NCBI GenBank assembly: GCA_043228905.1
Contig: JBHGNT010000013.1
Coordinates: 5,332,001-5,396,000, forward strand
Direction of reading: 5' to 3'
Source of the DNA: Azolla caroliniana
Taxonomy: Eukaryota; Plantae; Polypodiophyta
DNA length: 64,000 nt
Each line of letters opens with the position of its first letter. Position 1 is the first letter of the stretch. Position numbers and translations under genes: made by a program. Positions 12,701 through 21,378 of the stretch are shown one piece after another. Below the pieces are notes generated by a model. The model ran no database searches, was not told where the DNA came from, and saw only the letters and a program-made list of their open reading frames with translations.

Positions 12701-15512
12701 CTGTCCTAGTAGCTAATAAGCTATCCTAGCTACTACATAGTTGAGAAAGTAGCTAATTAGCTTTCATTGTAGCTAATTAGCTATCCTAGCTACCACCATA
12801 GTTAATAAAGTAGCTAATTAGCTATCCTAGCTACTACCATAGTTGAGTAAAGTAGCTAATTAGCTACCATAGTAGCTAATTAGCTATCCTAGCTAGTACT
12901 ATAGTTGTGTAAAAAAGCTAATTAGGTATCCTACTAGCTAATTAGCCACTGGCAACTAATTAGCTATCCTAGTAACTAATTAGCTACTGCCATAGTTGTG
13001 TAAAGTAGCTAATAAGCTATCCTAGTAGCTAATTAGCTACTAGCAGCTAATTAGCTATCCTAGTAGCTAATTAGCTATCCTACTAGCTAATTAGCTACTA
13101 CCATAGTTGAGTAAAGTAGCTAATTAGCTATCCTACTAGCTAATTAGCTACTACCATAGTTGAGTAACGTACCTAATTAGCTATCCTACTAGCTAATTAG
13201 CTACTGGCAACTAATTAGCTATCCTAGTAGCTAATTAGCTATCCTAGTAGCTAATTAGCTGCTGGCAACTAATTAGCTATCCTACTAGCGAATTAGCTAT
13301 CCTAGTAGCTACTGCCATAGTTGTGTAAAGTAGCTAATTAGCTATCCTAGTAGCTAATTAGCTACTGGCAGCTAATTAGCTATCCTAGTAGCTAATTAGC
13401 TACTGGCAGCTAATTAGCTGTCCTAGTAGCTAATAAGCTATCCTAACTACTACCATAGTTGAGTAAAGTACCTAATTAGCTATCCTAACTACTACCATAG
13501 TTGAGTAAAGTACCTAATTAGCTATCATACTAGCTAATTAGCTATCGTACTAGCTAATTAGCTATCCTAGCTTCTACCATAGTTTAGTAAAGTAGCTAAT
13601 TAGCTATCCTAAATAACTGTCATGTTATTGTAGAATCTTGTGGATTAAGGACGGCACATGATGTGTCTGGTGCTGATGATGCTGCAACAGATGAGGATAC
13701 TACTGCCAATGTGGCTGAAAGTAAGAGTCCTGCTATCACATCTCCTTCAGATCAGCTGCACCCTATTCTTTTGGAACAGTGTACTGAATTAGGCAACGAT
13801 GTGAAATGCCATGAAATAGTGGAAACAACATGTAAAACTGAGGTTCACAACAACAGTGTTTATGAACACTTGATGCAACATTTCTTCAAGTCTCAAGACC
13901 TTGATTCCACCCCACCGAGCCCAACTACTGAAAATGTCCAAACAGATCCCTCTGTACTTGAAAAGCTAGTTCAAGAAACGGCTGATGTGCAATTAGCTGC
14001 TGAGGCGATGGGAAGGTTGTCGGAGGAGGACACACTTGCGCATTGGGTCCTAGAAGCAAGGCTAAATGGGGAACCAACCAGAAAAAGGCTGAAGAAGGGG
14101 CCACGATCGGGAACAAGACCAGTTACTCGGTCAAGGGGCCCAGACGTAGTGGAGCGAAATACTGTTTAGTTGGATATGATTGTTAGCTTAGGGATTTTGC
14201 TAGGGTTTTATGAAGTTTTACTATCCTGTTGGACAAGTAAAACCTCAGATTGGTTGTTGCTTGATCCACATTATGTAATGGAACTCTATGATGTTTTTCC
14301 AAGATAATTTGAAGAGTGTTGTTCTATGACTGAAACTCTTTGATGTTCAGGATATTGTTTTGTGAGACTAGTAGTTACTTTGTGAGTGTGAATATGTTGG
14401 TGTTTTCTGATGTTGCAGAGTCTAAAGGGTTTGATTCTATTGCTCGTAAGGCCAATGGCAGTGTGGATACTGTTGATGTTGCGGCATGTTTAAAGGGCCC
14501 CATCTTGAAAGTAGATGTAGCAACTGACACAAGTGATCTGGTCACACAAGTTGATCAAGCATGTAGCACGGATGACTTGGTGTTGCAGGTAGACGCAGCA
14601 TGTAGCACGGATGACTTGGTGTTGCAGGTAGATGCAGCATGTAGCACGGATGACTTGGTGTTGCAGGTAGATGCAGCATGTAGCACGGATGACTTGGTGT
14701 TGCAGGTAGATGCAGCATGTGATACCAGTGGATTGATATCGAGCAGAACAGTAGCTACATGCACTGAGGTAATCCAAGGATTGATAACTAAGTCGACAAA
14801 ACAAGAGCACCAGAATGTGAAGCTAGGCCCAACACAGTCGACTAGGGGTTTAAAGAGGAAAAGGACACCAGTTGTGTCAGCCGAACCTGAGCTGATTGAG
14901 ATTGATCGTATCCTACCAGAAAATGGTGTAACAGCGGCTCAGTTTCAGGAATGGAAACCTAAACCACTAGAAGTCGAGCGAAGAGCCTTGATCTTGGAGC
15001 TGGATAAAGTCTTGATGAGTGTGAGATATATGCAGCCAAGGAGGGACGCAAATCAGTTTCTAGAGTGGGCTGCGGAGTACTTCGATTTGTTTATTTGGAG
15101 TGAGAAACCAAAATCAGATGTGTGGAAGTGTTTGGCAAGATTCTTCCCAAAATGGCGAAGTCGTTTTAAAGGTCAATGGGCACGAGAAAATTGTGAGCAG
15201 ATGGAAGCTGCAAGATTCAAGAGGCTTTCTGATTTTTGGGCTACTTGGCCTGAATATAATGCTGACAATACATTGATTTTGGATACAGAACATTTCCGAC
15301 ACTACTTCAATATTCGGAGATGCTGTCTCATTCTACCCGAGGAAATGCCTGAACAGTACCTGGTGCAAACAGTGAGCTGCCAACTAGGTGCATGGTTGTG
15401 GACTCCATACCGAGCTCAATATGCGGATAATATATGTAGACTCGTTCCACTGACTAGCAAGAGCTTAGTTGTTTATAGGAGATTTGTAGACATTTCCAAT
15501 GGTAATTTATAA
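9771..15512 (+). CDS. Spliced cargo gene: coiled-coil + RING-H2 finger + 13-aa repeats + FCP1/NIF (HAD)-like domain, about 789 aa predicted
   Basis: GT-AG exons 9771-9799, 10304-10985, 11064-11207, 11292-11625, 13634-13720 and 14419-15512 join in-frame (2370 nt) with no stops. RING: CIAC-x17-CNHTYHLLC-x10-CLGDC. NIF-like: LILELDKVL..FLEWAAEYFDLFIWS..FKRL..NTLILD. Confidence 0.75.
9842..10200 (+). repeat. Degenerate CTGATTAGGGTTT telo-box-like tandem repeats in intron 9800-10303
   Basis: Repeated (tttc)tgattagggttt / tgattgaaattt units. Confidence 0.85.
11639..13611. repeat. Array 1 of the palindrome TAGCTAATTAGCTA (about 19-20-bp units, 184/204-bp higher-order blocks)
   Basis: Directly visible. 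Higher-order block starts at 11860, 12044, 12248, 12433 and 12637. Lies within predicted intron 11626-13633. Confidence 0.95.
13634..14169 (+). CDS. Possible alternative terminal exon (acidic, basic tail) of the RING cargo gene
   Basis: The frame stays open about 150 codons past the GTAAGA donor at 13721, to the stop at 14167-14169. It ends with RKRLKK (NLS-like). Confidence 0.45.
14559..14720 (+). repeat. 39-bp coding repeat, 4 copies (ACSTDDLVLQVDA)
   Basis: gcatgtagcacggatgacttggtgttgcaggtagatgca repeats in tandem. Confidence 0.95.
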
Positions 15513-15679
15513 ATATGTAAAGAGATGACATTATTCAATGAAGAATTTAATTACTTGTTCCCACTGTACTTATCTACTATGTAATTTGAGGAATATGTTG
15601 CAGATTGTTGATTTCATTCTATTGATGACTATTTAGCTATTGACAGCTAATTAGCTACATTTGTACAGCTAATTAGCTG

Positions 15680-16193
15680 CATTTGTACAGCTAATTAGCT
15701 GCATTTGTACAGCTAATTAGCTACTGATGACTATTTCGCTATAACTTAAAACTTAAAACTTAACAAAAAAGACATGATTTTATTGAGAAAGAAGCACAGA
15801 AAGCAGACTGTATACAAGAAATTGATTCCAAACGAATTTATTGATCTGTTTTCGCGAAATACATGTTTGTTTTACAAGAGAACATGGTAAGTGCTACTTG
15901 TAGCTACAAATTCCATGGCATACTATTGTAAATACATTTGTACAGCTAATTAGCTGCATTTGTACAGCTAATTAGCTACTGATGACTATTTCGCTATAAC
16001 TTATAACTTAAAACTTAACAAAAAAGACATGATTTTATTGAGAAAGAAGCACAGAAAGCAGACTGTATACAAGAAATTGATTCCAAACGAATTTATTGAT
16101 CTGTTTTCGCGAAATACATGTTTGTTTTACAAGAGAACATGGTAAGTGCTACTTGTAGCTACAAATTCCATGGCATACTATTGTAAATACATT
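15680..16193. repeat. 255-bp tandem duplication of the transposase 3' end and 3' UTR
   Basis: Identical segments occur at 15721/15976 and at 15886/16141. Confidence 0.9.
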
Positions 16194-19100
16194 CATACAC
16201 ATTAGCACCAACAGTGTATAAACCGGAGCAGCTATTGTATTCTGACATTGGGACGTTGATGCATCTGACCAAATGAGAGTACATATACGCTGCTGGTTTG
16301 TCTTCTAACAGCCTGTACACATATTCGTAGTCATCTAGTTTTGCATAAAAAATGCCTTCGATGTAGAATGTCCCGGCAGATACAAAATTTCCCCATGCAT
16401 CTACAATATTCTGCCTTGCACACTGTTTACTAACCGTGCACTTTAATATATAGAAATCAGCACCCTCTGAATTGCCTTCTTCAGCATTTACAGCGAAGTT
16501 ATCCCCAACGTTCAGGACATCACTCAAAGTATCTCCAAGTCCCTCATATGTGAAGTCAGCATTCTGCCCTGTTTCTCCATCAACTGCTTCCTTATCATTC
16601 AGAGTGTGATACTCCCAATTCTGAATGTATGCTTTGTTTAGACAATATCTCCAATTTCCCTGCACACAATGGAAGCAAAAACAAGTCAATTCTCTAACCG
16701 CAATACAATGACCATCCAACCTGGAATAACCGCGAACAGCATGCAGAGATCGCAATTCGGGAATTCCTTGGCACTCCCAGGTCTTCTCCCTATTTACTTC
16801 ATCTATCTTCACTTCCCAAAATTCACGTTTGATATCTCGAACTTGTGAGGAATAAACACCTGTGGCACTCGTCGACATATTTGTTCTTAAAAATTCAACT
16901 ACATGTGATGCACAATTCATGTGCACACCATCTGTCTTTAGTTGTTCATGGGTAAGTGCCCGCTTTATAACAGCCCCTGCACCATCATGTTCACCTTTAC
17001 CATGGCCAGACCCAAAAAAATTCCATCTCATCTCCAAACCTGTTATAGCAGGATACCTCCCCACAAAATAAAATGGACGTCGAGCCTTGAATTGTGACGC
17101 AGCTCCGTCAGACCAGACCCAATGTTGAGTAAGCTCCAAACGTTGAGCTAATAACCACTGCCAATGTAACTTAAAACAGTGTTGGACGAACAAGGTATCA
17201 TGCTTCTTATCATCGGAAATAAAGAAATGAATTACTTTTTTAACATCACCTGAAACTCGAAAATATGTTATGTGCACAAAAATGGTTACCTGAACTGAAC
17301 ACCAATGCATAGATTGAATTTCATTCTGCTACTTGAAAGTATAATTCTCTGCGAAATCTACTACTGAGACTACTACATCATTTGGGAAATCAGATATGCA
17401 AGTCTTAAACTGATGGGCCTGCCATGAATAAATGAAGTTGTGTTTAATGAACTTTCCTAGAGATACTACAAACAGAGACACCAAATCCCTTGGTTTAAGC
17501 ATCTTCCGAACTAGATCCTTTCTTTTACACACATTTCCTTCGAAATTGGTGTTCACTGACTCAAATAACTTCACAGAGATCAATATTTCACTACTCAATT
17601 CATTTGGACACCACCTAAATCTAGTAGGGCCACAATCTTGACATAAACCCATGACACATTTATGAATATGGAAGATAGCGTCAGATTCTCTCGGACACAA
17701 TATTGAATCTAATAAATAACTCATGGAAGAGATAACGTGCTCAGATGATTTACACTCCTCTTGCGGGCTTGATCGACAGATTTGGCACCCACATGTGCAA
17801 ACTGTATTAGTTAGGGATGCGCTATGGTGACGTAGTAGATTAACAGAGTCCTTCAGAAAACCCATCTGTACATGGTAAATGCAACAACATGTGTATCGAT
17901 CCTTTAAGCGTCTCACAAAGTGTGGCTTAAGAGACTCGAATGTTCGTAGTTGAACTTTGATAGTTGGATGCATTCGTTTGAACCTAATAAATAAATCGAC
18001 CTGCGTAATAAAGGGGAATTAGTTATTCTCGTAACTAGCTAACTATCCTAGTAGCTAATTAGCTATTCTAGTAGCTAATTAGCTATCATGGTAGCTAATT
18101 AGTTGTCCTAGTAGCTAACTAGCTATCATGGTAGTTAATTAGCTGTCGTAGTAGCTAATTAGCTATCATGGTAGCTAATTAGCTATTCTAGTAGCTAATT
18201 AGCTATCATGGTAGCTAATTAGCTGTCGTAGTAGCTAATTAGCTATCATGGTAGCTAATTAGCTGTCCTAGTAGCTAATTGGTTGTCCTAGTAGCTAATT
18301 AGCTATCATGGTAGCTAATTAGCTGTCGTAGTAGCTAATTAGCTATCATGGTAGCTAATTAGCTATCATGGTAGCTAATTAGCTATCATGGTAGCTAATT
18401 AGCTGTCGTAGTAGCTAATTAGCTATCATGGTAGCTAATTAGCTGTCGTAGTAGCTAATTAGCTATCATGGTAGCTAATTAGCTATTCTAGTAGCTAATT
18501 AGCTATTCTAGTAGCTAATTAGCTATCATGGTAGCTAATTAGCTGTCGTAGTAGCTAATTAGCTATCATGGTAGCTAATTAGCTATTCTAGTAGCTAATT
18601 AGCTATTCTAGTAGCTAATTAGCTATCATGGTAGCTAATTAGCTGTCGTAGTAGCTAATTAGCTATCATGGTAGCTAATTAGCTGTCCTAGTAGCTAATT
18701 AGTTGTCCTAGTAGCTAATTAGCTATCATGGTGGCTAATTAGCTTGTCTACTAGCTAATTAGCTATCATGGTGGCTAATTAGCTTTCCTAGTAACTAATT
18801 AGCTATCATGGTAGCTAATTAGCTGGTCTAGTAGCTAATTAGCTATCGTGGTAGCTAATTAGCTAGTCTAGTAGCTAATTAGCTATAATGGTGGCTGATT
18901 AGCTTTCCTAGTAACTAATTAGCTATCATGGTAGCTAATTAGCTGGTATAGTAGCTAATTAGCTATCATGGTAGCTAATTAGCTATCACGGTGGCTAATT
19001 AGCTGTCCTAGTAACTAATTAGCTATCATGGTAGCTAATTAGCTGGTCTAGTAGCTAATTAGCTATAATGGTGGCTAATTAGCTATCCTAACTAATTAGC

Positions 19101-20226
19101 TATCATGGTAGTAGCTATTGAGAGTAGCCAGTTACCTATGTAGTAGCTATCATAGTAGCTAATTAGCTATCATGGTAGCTAATTAGCTTTCCTAGTAGCT
19201 AATTAGCTGGTAATAACGAAATAGCTAACTAGCTACCGTGATAGCTAACTAGCTAGCAGTACAACTAATTATCTGGTAGTACCTAAATTAGCTATTGAGA
19301 ATAGCTAATTAGCTATCATGGTAGTAACTATTGAGAGTAGCTAGTTACCTATGTAGTAGCGATCCTAGTAGCTAACTGAGGTAAATGTAACTGATAAGCT
19401 AATTAGCTTTTCTGCTAACTGAGCTAATTAACTTTCCGAGTAGAGTCAAAACAAATGTTGAGATAAATGTAAATACCTGAGGTACATCAAGAAGATGAAT
19501 GGGATGCTCCTCGTATTGATTTCTTCCAACACGTTTCCTGCATAAATCCTTTTTATTGGGTGAAACCCTACTCTCATTAGTCCAAAACATTGTGATTACA
19601 TCCTTGATTTCAAATGTTATGGGTGTCATTGGCTTACATCTTGTAGTTAGCTTTAGTAGACTAGTTCCTTCACCCGAGGAAATTATACGGTTCATTGTAT
19701 TGTACACTGTTTTTCTACTAACACCAATTACCTTAGATAGCTCACTGATGTTTATATCGTCAACATCACTATTAAGTAACATCATTAGACTAGACCTTTT
19801 TAAGACAAGATCATCTTCTGACCTGCTCATGGATACGAAACTATTACGAAGATTATTTACTAAAATAGATGATATGTTTGCATTAAGACCATCACAATCA
19901 ACTAAGTCCTTTATCGATGGATCATTACATATTCCATAAAGTACTACCTTCTTTTCTTCATTGCTGATGTGCTTGGTTTGAACATTGAAATAGTCTACAA
20001 CCTTTCTCTCTATGATGGTAGTCGCATTACTTACATTCTCATCTAAACTATCCTTACCTTTACTGAGTGTGGCTTTCGTATCCTTCAACAATTGACGATG
20101 TTTCCTTTTTTTTTCTGCCCAATAGTTTCGTATGGCTTGTTGTGTCCTGATAACATCATCCCTATCCTTATGATCATTGAGGGGTAATTCTAAACACCCT
20201 TCTTCCCCTTCCATTTGGCTAGACAT
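16159..20226 (-). CDS. Sola2-like DDE/D transposase (about 860 aa, 2 exons, one in-frame TAG)
   Basis: Exon 20226-19477 (CAG|GTATTT), intron 19476-18001, exon 18000-16159, phase 0. Motifs: TCCCIYH, C..C, VDFAENY, WSDGAASQFK, GSGHGKGEHDGAGAVIK, CFCFHC. TAG at 17331-17329 falls within NYTFK*QNEIQSMHW. Confidence 0.85.
18034..19430. repeat. Array 2 of the palindrome TAGCTAATTAGCTA (strict 20-bp period over about 1 kb) inside the transposase intron
   Basis: gtagctaattagct+6 nt units stay in register from 18051 to about 19080 (about 50 units), then degenerate. Confidence 0.95.
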
Positions 20227-20560
20227 GTTAAAACCCTAAATTTCCAGAGAAAAAAACAAGTATTAAAGATGGCTATGGGCAACAACAATACACAAAAATA
20301 TTCCACACAATACACAAGATTAGACACAACAATACACAAGATAATCAATAGACAGAAAAGTTATTGCAATCCAAGACCGAACAGTAGAGGATTTCACTCT
20401 GTTGGATCCAACAGTTGAGGAGGCGATCCAAGACCGACCAATGGCAACAACTGAGTGTAGAATGTTGCCGTTGGATGAGTGAACTCCGTCAAATCGAAAT
20501 GTGGAAGCAATCCGGGACTGGACAGTAGTGGCAACTGAGTATAGAATGATGGCAATGGAG

Positions 20561-21378
20561 GAGAGAACCCCGTCAGATTGAACAGTTACCGATGATGCTT
20601 GAAACGCACATAGAAGGCACTTGAGAATAGAGTGGCATAGAGAAGAGAACCCCGTCAGATTGAACAGTTACCAATGATGCTTGAAACGCACAGTAGCGGC
20701 CCCTGAGTGAGAGTGGAAAAGAGAAGAGAACCCCGTCAGATTGAACAGTTACCAATGATGCTTGAAACGCACAGTAGCGGCCCCTGAGTGAGAGTGGAAA
20801 AGAGAAGAGAACCCCGTCAGATTGAACAGTTACCAATGATGCTTGAAACGCACAGTAGCGGCCCCTGAGTGAGAGTGGAAAAGAGAAGAGAACCCCGTCA
20901 GATTGAATAGCTCTTCGATTATGCTTGGAACGCACAGTAGCAACCCCTGAGTGTAGAGTGGCAAAGAGAAGAGAACCCCGTCAGATTGAACAACTCTTTG
21001 ATGATGCTTGGAACGCACAGCAGCGGCCCCTGAGTGTAGAGTGGCACAGAGAAGAGAACCCCCTCAGATTGAACAACTCTTTGATGATGCTTGGAACGCA
21101 CAGTAATGGCCCCTGAGTGTAGAGTGGCACAGAGAAGAGAACCCCCTCAGATTGAACAGCTCTTTGATGATGCTTGGAACGCACAGTAATGGCCCCTGAG
21201 TGTAGAGTGGCACAGAGAAGAGAACCCCGTCAGATTGAACAGCTCTTTGATGATGCTTGGAATGCACAATAGTGGCCCCTGAGTGTAGAGTGTCACAGAG
21301 AAGAGAACCCCGTCAAATTGAGCAGCTCTTTGATGATGCTTGGAACGCACAGTAGCAGCCCCTCAGTGTAGAGTGGCG
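20561..21378. repeat. About 10 tandem copies of an 81/83-bp unit upstream of the transposase
   Basis: agaagagaacccc starts at 20641, 20722, 20803 and 20884 (81-bp period), then at 20967, 21050, 21133, 21216 and 21299 (83-bp period). Confidence 0.95.

Noticed and set aside
11639-21378. CRISPR-like interpretation of the palindrome arrays and the 81/83-bp array
   Set aside because: There are no unique spacers (inter-repeat sequences are 5-6 nt and recurrent, or absent) and no cas genes, and the context is eukaryotic and spliced.
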